From contig CM119263.1 in the NCBI GenBank assembly GCA_051294375.1, positions 21,684,494-21,748,493 on the forward strand: a stretch of DNA of 64,000 nt. The letters are read 5' to 3'. This DNA comes from Paraspadella gotoi. Its lineage: Eukaryota; Animalia; Chaetognatha. Shown here piece after piece: positions 1 through 11,495 of the stretch; position 1 is the stretch's first letter; each line of letters opens with the position of its first letter. The notes under the pieces were generated by a model. It had not been told where the DNA came from, searched no databases, and saw nothing but the letters and a program-made list of their open reading frames with translations. Made by a program: the position numbers and the translations under genes.

Positions 1-215
1 AGATTTTTGACCATTTGTGGCCCTCAGGGGCTGCTACCTCAGGACCCCTTATCTCAGCTTAGGGGTGGAATGTAAAAATTCGCCTCGATAGTTCCATTTG
101 TATCACTACTGGTACTCCGCATGCAAAATTTCATTAAATTCTATTCAGTAGTTTTCTCGGAACGTGTTCTCGTCACAAAAAAAGGGTACCACATTTTATA
201 ATATGAAGCCTTCTG
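1..215. mobile_element. Right end of a mariner/Tc1-type MITE (complete copy at 5485-6208)
   Basis: Ends ...ttataatatgaagccttctg|TA, the reverse complement of the left terminus TA|cagaaggatttcatattataaaatg at 5485. Confidence 0.85.
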
Positions 216-305
216 TACCACTTCATTGATAGTGAAGCCAGGTACTCCAGGAGTAAATGAAGGAGACTCTGAGAGCCTGTCCAAAGTAAGGGGCAAGATA
301 GCTTA

Positions 306-1252
306 CAGATCTGCTCAAAAAAAGTTTAATAGTTATGATAAAAGCATTTTATTTAGTTATTTGAAGGAAAATAGTACTTTTTAGGATTCAGTTAGTTAAT
401 ACGTTGTCAGACCATTATTTGCTTCCAGCACCACCTCCCTGCAATGAGGGAGAGAGTTGTAGGGACTGCACAAATATGAAGGGTTCAGCTCCCCAAATTC
501 ATTTTTAAATTTTTTAGATTTTGTTGACTGTCATGGCGTTATATTGCAAAATATCCCTTTTCATCCTTGACCAAACATTTTCGATGAAGTTGCAGTCAGG
601 TGAGTTTCTGGGCCAACTTTGAGTACCTCGATCCCATTTTCCTCATGATATTTTTGAGTGGTTTTAGTATTGTATCCAAGAGCTCTATCCTCAATGAAAA
701 GCTTCCCATTCACTGTTGAACAACTGGTAACACTTCCTTTTCTCTCCATTTTTTTCCCAACTGGCTTGCAGAAGCCTTACAACCTTGAATTGCGAGACTA
801 TCCACGTCATCGTTCTCACTCTGTGGACATGCGAGGCCGCCTGCTTCCAACAGCTCGTCCAAGGTGTCCAGTTGCTTCAAATTTGTTGATAACTCTGCAG
901 ATGGTTGTTAGAGGGAAATAAAAATGCCTGGCGATCCTATATCTTGACAAACCGCCCTTCCAAAGCTCAACTATTGCAGCTTTCCTTTTGGGGATCAGCT
1001 GTTTTGAAGTTTCTACACAAAAAACACAAAAAAACAAAGATGGATTAAAAAAATTTTTTCGCAAAAAAAAAAGGAAATTGTAAGACAAAATTTCGATCCT
1101 TTTTTATTTTAGTACAGCTTCTATAATATTTAGCCTAAAAACCTCGTCTTGGGCTCGGATGAGAAAATATTTGTCTTGGCTTTCAAATGAACCCAAATTT
1201 TAAGCGAGATAGAAGGGGATTCAAAGTTTAAACTTTTTTCTGAGCAGATCTG
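306..1252 (-). mobile_element. Internally deleted Tc1-family DNA transposon with a frameshifted transposase remnant
   Basis: TIRs cagatctgctcaaaaaaagttta (from 306) and taaacttttttctgagcagatctg (to 1252), both flanked by TA. The minus strand encodes an HTH-like N-terminus (KAAIVELWKGGLSRYRIARHF..LTTICRVINKFEATG..GSRRPR). Across a frameshift near 570-620 it reads WPRNSPDCNFIENVW, matching the Tc1 WPxxSPDLNPIENxW motif. Confidence 0.93.
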
Positions 1253-1255
1253 TAT

Positions 1256-1700
1256 TTATTAAATGAATGGATAATTTTTTTTATATTGGTTGTATCAATT
1301 TCATTCAAAATATTTCCTATTTTTTTCTGAATTTTTTGTTAACGACCCCATGCTTAGCAATACCGTATTCATGATTCTACATTAGTTCTCACAGATGGCT
1401 AGTTTTCACTAAAATAATTCATTATTCTATCAGTACGGTATTCGCGAAAAGCATTTAGTTTGAAACTTGCATTCTGCTAATCATCATTTTCACAATAAAA
1501 ATAAAGCCAACAGCATGTGTGATGCTTGGGATGTGAGGCATCTCCCGACAGCTGGCGCTCAGGGCTTTGGACCTGCAGTGACCACCCCATGTAACTGGCG
1601 TGATTCTGCCGACACCATCACACTTTAACCAGCGTGACCGTGAGGGGATTGAACCTGGAACTCACGGTTGGCGAACGAGTACATAGCTGTACACGTACAG
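1256..1700 (-). mobile_element. tRNA-derived SINE-like element (second copy about 7248-7693)
   Basis: Minus-strand B-box GGTTCAATCC at 1646-1655. The body resembles the + strand element at about 27049-27240 (ggtcactg..gtcc..agccc..cgccag.tg). The segment at 1260-1305 recurs at about 31715 and 54885. The 3' boundary is uncertain. Confidence 0.6.
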
Positions 1701-2083
1701 TGTACAAGCCAATGGGACGAGCAGAGCTTCATCAAAATATACGGGAGGAAAATTTAGTATTCGCAACAATAGTTTTCCTCTTCGCAACGGCTGCTCGCTC
1801 TTTTTGCCTTACGAGAGTTTAACTAAAAAAATAGAAACTTAGAAAGCGAACGCGAGCCACTTGTTTTGCCATCTTGCGGTTCAGATGTTTAATATGTTGG
1901 ATACTGATTTTTTTTTAGAACCGATAAATGGTATTAGACTCTCAAGAATCGATTGCGCTCGAAAGTTTCGCCATCTGTGCCTTAAATAAAGTACTATTGA
2001 ATAGACAAAAGATCAAAAGAAAACCTCTCACCTTACTTGTCTCAGCCAGAATGAAAATCAATCTTCATCTGTGGAAAGAGAGA

Positions 2084-2121
<38 letters not shown>

Positions 2122-2349
2122 CACTAATCCGTGCTCCTTGTTTCAGGCTGTCGTCATGGCAACAAAGAAGAGGAGGAGTGGCGGAAGGAAAGCGAAGGGG
2201 AAGGAAATGAGGGGAAGAGAAAAACCGGGAAACCAGTTGGTCGTAATTCTATCGCCGATAAACAAAACTTGCTCAATAAAAAAAAATATTCTCTGAATCT
2301 CCCCTTCATTTTTACATTTAATTTACATGCGTTTCTATTCATTCGTTCG

Positions 2350-2386
<37 letters not shown>

Positions 2387-2854
2387 NNNNNNNNNNNNNN
2401 NNNNNNNNNNNACTTTTCTCAGTGAAAAAAGAATTACTTCTTTTTCCTTCTTTTCCTTCTCACGCGCCTCCTTCCTTTTTTTTTCACGTGAGACGCCATT
2501 CACATGCAAATCCGTCACGCCCTCTTTCGGACTGCGCGCGTTGAAAAAAGAAAAAACCCTTCGCTCTAGAACGACCGACGACCAATAACACAACGCCGCG
2601 GCGCGTCCAGAATCTAAGGAGTGGCGCCGTTTATTTTGTGCGCCAACGCCACCTCATCGAGCGAGATTTGTGTCGCGTGTCACTAACGTCCGCCTCACGC
2701 CCCCCACCGACACCTAATCGCCCCCTTCTATTGGCCGCGTGCCTGATTTAACTGTCTCGAAATCAAATTAATGGATTCTCCGACGAATGAAATTGTAGTT
2801 AATCGTTTTCTCCCGCGAGCAAGCGGATTTCATGCGACGCTGAAGTCTCTCTCT

Positions 2855-2892
<38 letters not shown>

Positions 2893-3290
2893 TCTCTCTT
2901 CTCTCTCTTCTCTCTCTCTCTACGCTAGTCGTATAAACAATAAAAAATAAAAGTGGAAATAGTCGAGAAAAACAAAGCGCGTCTCAAAATTACAGTACCT
3001 TCGATCAACTAACCAAATCACATACGGATTCACGCCCGGATCGACGAGAGACGCTCGCTCTCGATGCAAAATAAAACTGAGCAAAAAGTGCGAGAGAGAG
3101 AGAGTGAGAAGAGAGAGAAAGTCGAGATCGGAAAAATCGGCCAAAGCATTGGCGAAAAAACGAAAAATAAAATATTCGTGGTCACTCGTCAATTACAATA
3201 ACTAAATCATTAAAAACGAAGAGAAGAAATATTAAAAAAACAACGAGAAAGGAGCAAGAAAAAACTGTTAATTATGTGGATTAAAACGTC

Positions 3291-5140
3291 ATGGTTGCCA
3301 CCAGAGGCGTTCGCATGGACAAGGCAGCGGATACGACTCGACGGACGAGTTGAAATACGACGGTGATCGATCGGCCACGCGCCATCTTCCGGTTACTGAG
3401 GCTGGCTCTGTCTTGCTCTGATCGCCATGGAAACGTCGGTTCGGACGGGCGACAGGTCGGCCGTGGGGGTCCGCGACTCGCGAAGGTTAGGGCCGAACTT
3501 GGAGGCGGAGACGGCGCCGGATCGTCGGAAAGAAGACTTGGAGACGATGCTGAGGCTGTTGACGACCGAATCGAGTGGCCGTAGAACGCGAGGACTTAAA
3601 CTTTTCCGTCAACTCCTCTAACGCCGCGGCCAAGTCCTCCGAACGCCTCTAACCACTTTGTATCCTCTCCAGTTTATTCCTTCGCATCCTCCTCAAAATC
3701 TCCGTGGCCATCTTCATCGTCGTCGTCGGCGTCGGGCGGCGGCGTCGTCATCTCTCCCATCTCAAGCGCCACCGTTTTCTCGATGCGTCCCACCGAATCT
3801 GTCGTCGAGACTGAAGAGAGACGAATCGACCGCTCGGCAAATCCTCCATCTCCGCCATCCGTAAGTCCGAAGGATCTTCCTGACGACCGTTGTTTCAGGA
3901 CGGTCGATTTATCGAACCAGCAATCCCTTCAAAGTTCCTCAAAGCGTTTCCCTCTGGCTCCGACCAATCGGAACGGCTTAGGTTCCGCGGCTCGCCGACC
4001 GAATAACAGAAGACGCGGGGAACCCGCTGCGTCGGCGCTTTCTCGCCCCGGAAGTTTAGGCCAATACAAGAAGTGTCCTTTGCCGGAATGGACCGACGAT
4101 CATTTTGCCGCAAATGACGGACGATCCTCTGCCGAATCGGCGGATAAACGCGGACCGTTCCTTCGAACTGGAGGCCTCGGACAAATATTCGTCCACTCGT
4201 CCTCTCCCTCCCCGTCTCATCCAAGAACCTTTCCACCATTCGGATTCGCCCCAGCATTCGCGTTCCTTTTTCGCCGCTCGCCGACAGCCTCGCCACCACG
4301 CCGGCCTCGACACCACAAAAACGCGGGTCTAAAGCCCTTCAAGTTACCTGCGAACCAACGGCCACCGACCTGCTGCGGAAGTTGATGGGCGGCGCCTTCC
4401 ATGCGCGCTACATGAGCGTGGAACGACCGGAAGTTGCCGAGGAACCCGTGGGAGGAGCAGGCGCAGCTGGCGAAGACTCATGACCGGCTTCTGCTGGCGG
4501 ATCAGCCGATCGCGGACGAGAAGGTGGAGCGTCTGCCTTTTCACGTGGGCGAGGGTTACTCGAGAGTGCTGCAGGACGAACCCACCTATCGACTCGTATC
4601 GCAGCGTCGACTGCGGTTTCGGACGAGGGCGGAAATGCGGCGGAGGGACGAGAGAAGAGAGGAAATCGATATCGCGAATCTCGATCTCCCGAGTCTCCTC
4701 CCATTTCCTCTCTTTCTCCCTCCGCTTCTCCCTCCCCTCTCCACTCGACGGCCACACCCAATCCGTCGTCCGCTTCCTCAACTCGATCGAACCTCCTCGA
4801 CGAAGACGTCGAGATCCCGCTCGCTGACGGGGAGGAAAATGAGGAGGAGGAGGAGATCCCTTGGAAATGTGAATCGCGCGTCGTTTGGGAAGATCTCGGC
4901 GCCAACTATTTCCCGCGCTACTTGAGGACAGTCGAATGTCTCGCGGTCCGCGGCTGGTTCGGGACACTTTCGCTGCTCAACCAAAGCCTTCACCGTGAAG
5001 TGCTCAAACGGCGGAGCGACCAGTGCGTACCTGTCCGGCTTCCCGTCGGGTTGGGCGATGACGTGCAGGTCAAGTACGAGGAGGAAATGGGTCTTCGAGG
5101 AGGAGAAGCATCACCTTTTTGCTGCGAGTGCGTGCAGTGA
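3291..5140 (+). CDS. trk: Trunk/PTTH/noggin-like cystine-knot ligand precursor (apparently one exon, several frameshifts)
   Basis: Frame-joined translation gives CEPTATDLLRKLMGGAFHARYMS (about 4350-4417) and LPFHV. The C-terminus reads PWKCESRVVWEDLGANYFPRYLRTVECLAVRGWFGHFRCSTKAFTVKVLKRRSDQCV...EEEWVFEE.SITFCCECVQ* (4860-5140), matching the recalled trunk pattern WxC..WxDLG..YFPRY.R..EC...CW...F.C.P..FT.K.L.R...C...W..EE..V.FCC.C. A hydrophobic stretch lies near 3655-3770. The start codon is uncertain. Confidence 0.9.
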
Positions 5141-5484
5141 ACTGGCTGGAGCGGCGGAGAAAGAGCAGCTCCAGATATCCTAGAGGGACAAGTTTAGAAA
5201 ACTCTGTGATTATTTTCTTCAGATAATCGACATAAACATAAACAAGCGCTCGGTTTTTTTTTTGTTTGCAGCAAAGTTCTTAAGTGGTGTTGCATTGGAT
5301 ATTTTTGGTTATCATTAATTTGCTTGTTCGTTTTTAATTTCGTTAGATTTTGAAAACTTTTTATTTCTTTTTTTTCTTATTTGAATGAAAAATTCATTTT
5401 TGATTTCAGACAATATAGTATTCCCGATCTAATACTTAAGGGAGTGGTCTTTTCATACATTGAAACATTCTTTGAAACATATTA

Positions 5485-6208
5485 CAGAAGGATTTCATAT
5501 TATAAAATGTGTACCCCTTTTTTGTGACCAGAATCTGTTCCCACCAAACTACCCAATCGAATTTAATCAAATTTTACATTTAGAGTGCTAATGACTATAT
5601 AAATGAACTACCGAGGCGAATTTTGATATTCAACCCTGACAAGAGATACAGGGCCCTGAGGCTGGACCCCTGGGGGGCCAAAAAATGCTAAAATTTTTTT
5701 TTATTTTCAAATTTTTTAGTAGCATCAGGTGCATTGACGTTTTTAAACATAAGAAAAAAACATTTTAGAACTAAAATTGATAAATTTTCAATAATATTAG
5801 CATGGTTGAAGATGCATGGTTCATCGTTTTACTTCCAATTTTCCCAAATTATTCCAAATCTGATTTTAACTGCTGATGTTCATGAAGCTAAAAATTAAGG
5901 TAAATGAATTTTTTAAGATAATAAATACGTTTTTGTGGAAGAGTAAACGTCTGTACAACTGTTTTAAAACAAAAATAATTAAAAAATTTAAAAAGATTTT
6001 TGACCATTTGTGGCCCTCAGGGGCTGCTACCTCAGGACCCTTATCTCAGCTTAGGGGTGGAATGTAAAAATTCGCCTCGATAGTTCCATTTGTATCACTA
6101 CTGGTTACTCCGCATTGCAAAATTTTCATAAATTCTATTCAGTAGTTTTCTCGGAACGTGTTCTCGTCACAAAAAAGGGTACCACATTTTATAATATGAA
6201 GCCTTCTG
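5485..6208. mobile_element. Mariner/Tc1-type MITE with long imperfect TIRs
   Basis: TA|cagaaggatttcatattataaaatgtgtaccc...gggtaccacattttataatatgaagccttctg. Inverted similarity continues about 200 bp inward (cgaggcgaatttt vs aaaattcgcctcg). No coding capacity. Confidence 0.85.
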
Positions 6209-6297
6209 TTCACTTCATTGATAGTGAAGCCAGGTACTCCAGGAGTAAATGAAGGAGACTCTGAGAGCCTGTCCAAAGTAAGGGCGAAGATAGCTTA

Positions 6298-7244
6298 CAG
6301 ATCTGCTCAAAAAAAGTTTAATAGTTATGATAAAAGCATTTTATTTAGTTATTTGAAGGAAAATAGTTTACTTTTTAGGATTCAGTTAGTTAATACGTTG
6401 TCAGACCATTATTTGCTTCCGCCCACCCTCCCTGCAATGAGGGAGAGAGTTGTAGGGACTGCACAAATATGAAGGGTTCAGCTCCCCAAATTCATTTTTA
6501 AATTTTTTAGATTTTGTTGACTGTCATGGCGTTATATTGCAAAATATCCCTTTTCATCCTTGACCAAACATTTTCGATGAAGTTGCAGTTCAGGTGAGTT
6601 TCTGTGGCCAACTTTGAGTACCTCGATCCCATTTCTCCTCATGATATTTTTGAGTGGTTTTAGTATTGTAATCCAAAGCTCTATCCTCAATGAAAAGCTT
6701 CCCATTCACTGTTGAACAACTGGTAACACTTCCTTTTCTCTCCATTTTTTTCCCAACTGGCTTGCAGAAGCCTTACAACCTTGAAATTGCGAGACTATCC
6801 ACGTCATCGTTCTCACTCTGTGGACATGCAGGCCGCCTGCTTCCAACAGCTCGTCCAAGGTGTCCAGTTGCTTCAAATTTGTTGATAACTCTGCAGAGGT
6901 TTGTTAGGGGAAATTAAAAATGCCTGGCGATCCTATATCTTGACAACCGCCCTTCCAAAGCTCAACTATTGCAGCTTTCTTTTGGGGATCAGCTGTTTTG
7001 AAGTTTCTACACAAAAACACAAAAAAACAAAGATGATTAAAAAATTTTTTTCGCAAAAAAAAAAGGAAATTGTAAGACAAAATTTCGATCCTTTTTTATT
7101 TTAGTACAGCTTCTATAATATTTAGCCTAAAAACCTCGTCTTGGGCTCGGATGAGAGAAATATTTGTCTTGGCTTTCAGAATGAACCCAAATTTTTTAAG
7201 GAGATAGAAGGGGATTCAAAGTTTAAACTTTTTCTGAGCATCTG
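6298..7244 (-). mobile_element. Second copy of the deleted Tc1 element (part of the duplication)
   Basis: Same TIRs, TA flanks and flanking DNA as 306-1252. Confidence 0.92.
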
Positions 7245-7693
7245 TATTTATTAAATGATGGATAATTTTTTTTATATTGGTTGTATCAATTTTCATTCAA
7301 AATATTCCTATTTTTTTTCTGAATTTTTTGTTAACGACCCCATGCTTAGCAATACCGTATTCATGATTCTACATTAGTTCTCACAGATGGCTAGTTTTCA
7401 CTAAAATATTCAATTATTCTATCAGTACGGTATTTCGCGAAAAGCATTGGTTTGAAACTTGCATTCTGCTAATCATCATTTTCACAATAAAAATAAAGCA
7501 CAGCATGCTGTGATGCTTGGGATGTGAGGCATCTCCCGACAGCTGGCGCTCAGGGCTTTGGACCTGCAGTGACCACCCCATGTAACTGGCGTGATTCTCG
7601 CCGACACATCACACTTTAACCAGACGTGACCGTGAGGGGATTGAACCTGGAACTCACGGTTGGCGAACCGAGTCATAGCTGTTACACGTACAG

Positions 7694-8662
7694 TAGAGCT
7701 GTTGAAAATAACAAAAATTATAACAAATCAAGTGAGGTACATAGCTATTTATTGTAATGTAGTCTGTAGAATTGATGGTGATGACCATTTTTTGTTATAA
7801 TTTTATCTTTCTTGTCGAAAATAAGGTTTTTAATGTATATAAAATTATTAAACCTTATAAGTTATGAAAATCAAATTATTAAATTTTATAATAATTTATA
7901 TGAGCTTTTGAAATATATAAAAAAAAGATTATAAAAATTTTTGGGTAAGTTATTTCTAAATTTTATGTTTTATAAGAAGTTAGTTAATATTTATTAATTA
8001 TTATGAGTAAAATTTGGGCTAAAGTTTAAAAAATAATAATTTCAAATTCTTTTCATGATTGCATTTCTTTGCAAACAAGTTGATGTTAGAAAAATAATTT
8101 TGTATTCAAAAATTATGTATTAAGTTGGTCAAATTTCAGAAAAAATTATAGTTTTAGCCAAAATTGAAAATTAACCAAAAATATAGTTGTTTAATATTTT
8201 AACCTACTTTAATGAAAGAATTTTTTAAAAATGGGATTATATTTTCTTGATATCACTTTTTGTAAGGAATTCAAAATCTGGTTTTAAATTTAAAAATTTT
8301 TATTTTTCACTTTAGTTATTTTTTATTTTATTTATTAATAATAAAGCTTAACAAACTATTTTAATAAAATATAATGTAAATAAATTACCAGAATTTTTAT
8401 GATATGGCGTCTTTATTTCATATTATGTAAGATTAAAATATGGCTTTTATAAAATCTTATTTATTTGAGTTTCCTTATACTCTACATGTTTGCTCCTACC
8501 TTTTAATAGCACTTATATGCTGCAAAAATTCGCCATTTCCGACAAAGAAGATAGAACTATTCAAAAAAATGGTTCTTCATCGGATTCTTACAGACTTGAT
8601 TACACTAAATACATGTACTCACTTTGATTTGTTATAATTTCGTTATTTTTTCAAACGCCCTA
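7694..8662. mobile_element. Non-autonomous hAT-type element (MITE) with 8-bp TSD
   Basis: About 50-bp imperfect TIRs (tagagctgttgaaaataacaaaaattataacaaatcaagtgaggtacat / atgtactcactttgatttgttataatttcgttattttttcaaacgcccta). ACGTACAG is duplicated at 7686-7693 and 8663-8670, and is single at the empty site 1693-1700. Confidence 0.93.
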
Positions 8663-9059
8663 ACGTACAGTGTACAAAGCCAATGGGACGAGCAGAGGCT
8701 TCATTCAAAAATATACGGGAGGAAAAAAATTTAGTATGCAACAAATTGTTTTCCTCTTCGCAAGATCGGCTGCTCGCTCTTTTTGCCTACGAGAGTTTTA
8801 ACTAAAAAAATAGAAACTTAGAAAGCGAAACGCGAGCCACTTGTTTTGCCATCTTGCGTTCAGATGTTTAATAATGTTGATCTGATTTTTTTTTAGAACC
8901 GATAAATGGTATTAGATCTCTAAAGAATCGATTTGCGCTGCGAAGTTGCCATCTGTGCCTTAAATAAATACTTTTTGAATAGACAAAGATCAAAAGAAAC
9001 CTCTCACCTTACTTGTCTCAGCAGATTGAAAATCAATTCTTCATCTGTGGAAAGAGAGA

Positions 9060-9104
<45 letters not shown>

Positions 9105-9399
9105 TAATCCGGGCTCCTTGTTTCAGGCTGTCGTCATGGCAACAAAGAGTAAGGAGGGTGCGCGGAAGGAAAGGCGAAGGGGAGGAAATGAGGGTAAGAG
9201 AAAAAACCGGAAACCAGTTGGTCGTAATTCTATCGCCGATAAACAACTTGCTCAATAAAAAAAAATATTTTCTGAATCTCCTATCATTTTACATATTTAT
9301 TTACATGCGTTTATTCATCCGTTCGTTTTTCTCTCTGCTCTCTCTTCTTCTCTTCTCTCCTCTCTTCTTCTCTCTCTCTTTCTCTCTCTCCTCTCTCAT

Positions 9400-9434
<35 letters not shown>

Positions 9435-9799
9435 ATTCGCTAAAGTGATGCTAAGTAGAGCCGACAGATTTCAAAGATTGTATTTGAAATGGAAATTTAA
9501 ATTCATGAGCAGAAATAAAAGTATTGAAAAGCCTTTCACACTTTCCTATTCCATCCTTCTCTCTCTCTCTCTCTTTCTCTTTCTGGCTCTCTCCCGGTGA
9601 ATAGTCTGAATAGTCTCCCTCGTTAATGGGCCTGTCTGAGTCAATGATAACATCATTGTCTATTTAAGAGAGAAGGGAAGAACGCTTTTGAATTTCGGAA
9701 TAGCAAAATAGATAGGCAAAGTCAAAATTAATGAGAAAAGAATGAGTCAAAGACTTTCACGGGAGCCGTAAACTAACGATGGGTGAGAAGAGAGAGATA

Positions 9800-9859
<60 letters not shown>

Positions 9860-9869
<10 letters not shown>

Positions 9870-10481
9870 TGCGTGAATGGAGAAAAACCACGAAAGAAAA
9901 GAAATAATGGAACGGCGTTTGGCGCCATCGAAGGTTTTCGCGCTACGTCAATCAAGCAAGGGGCCAACGACTCTGTCTGTCTCTCTGTCTGATTATCTGT
10001 CAGTCTTCTTTCTTTTCTTTCTTTCTTCTTTTCTTTCTTCTTTTCTTAAACGCCTCATTTTCTCATTCATTGCAAAACCTCAAGAGGGTACTTATGTATT
10101 TCGTTTCGTCTGTATTTCTATGAGTGAAAATCAGTTTTCTTTGCAGTAGTTTGTTTTAAATAATTAATTTGCTGTATGCTGAATTTAGGTTTACTATTCT
10201 GTACAACTACATAAAATGATATAATTTTTGACTATTGCAATAAAATCTTTACAAAAAGAGTTGCCCGTAAACCTTAACCCTATCTCCTTTTCGTCTCTCA
10301 TCTCTCTCTTCTCTCTCTCCTCATCTCTCTCTCTCTCTCTCTCTCTCCTCTCTCCTCTCTCTCTCTCTCTCTCTCTCAGAATTATTTCGTCACCATCCAT
10401 TCCGCTCAGATTCGAACCTCATCACATTCTTGTCTCTTTTCTCATACCCAATTTTTCATGACAATCTTTCTCTCTCTCTCA

Positions 10482-10541
<60 letters not shown>

Positions 10542-11464
10542 GCTCTATTCTTTAATACGACGAGAATATTTGTATACACCTTTCTATATAACTTTTGGAT
10601 CAACTTACTTTTTTTATCTAAATTGAATGGCTTGTTTTTATTAGTACTAGCGCTCCTCTCTCGCTCTTTTCAATCAACAATTTATGTCACTTTCTAATCG
10701 GTTCATGTTTCATGCAAACTTCCTTCCTTCCCGTCCGAGGCTCCCATAGTTTTTCCCTAAAGGTTCACTTTCTCCACCCCCCTTACCCCGCCCACCCCAC
10801 GCCACCGCTCGGCTCGTCTTTCATTATACCCGAAAACTTATTTTTCTATCCAGAGAATTTTTTCTATTTGTCTCAATTTGAATTTGTCGAATAAGAGAAG
10901 AAGAAGAAGAAAACTCGCTTTCAAAATCCAGGGATGAAAAAACTCGTACCAATCTCCGGGCCATTTTCTAATTTCATTTCGCTCAAAAGAGACGACTGCT
11001 AATCGCTTATCTTATTCTTCCCTATGCGTCCATCGTGAGCGTACACCGTGTGACGCGTTTTTGTAATGTTAGTGTAATGACTGTAATGTATATGTACATT
11101 TAATGTGTGTAATTGCGTTGGTAGATTAAAATATACAAAAAAAGTGGCCATATGCCAATACGTTACGCAAAAACTTTGCCCGCTTTGAGTGGCTTTCGCA
11201 TGACTAAGAATGCAAGGTGCCATATTTCGTTTGCAAATGAATTTCTGCCTTCGGTTTTCCAGAAAAAATAGTAATTCATTTTTTTTGGTACTCGAAATGC
11301 AACAAACGGATTTCGATTTTTTTCGAAGAGAAATATTTAATTTTCTTTCGGAATAAAACTATAATAAAACGAACCTGTAAAGTTTGTTCGGCGGAAAATA
11401 TTTTTAAGAAACAAGATTATAATTAAGAAAAAAACATTGGGATGTGAGTTAATCATTTGACGAA

Positions 11465-11495
<31 letters not shown>

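Larger units (their letters stand above)
1..2386 (+). repeat. Direct duplication, copy A (matches about 5994-9430)
   Basis: Sequence from base 1 (agatttttgaccatttgtggcc) recurs from 5994 with scattered small indels. Copy A ends in (CT)n at the 25-N gap 2387-2411. Copy B carries an extra 969-bp insertion. Confidence 0.97.
5994..9430 (+). repeat. Direct duplication, copy B of 1-2386
   Basis: Collinear with 1-2386 apart from small indels and the insertion at 7694-8662. Confidence 0.95.
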
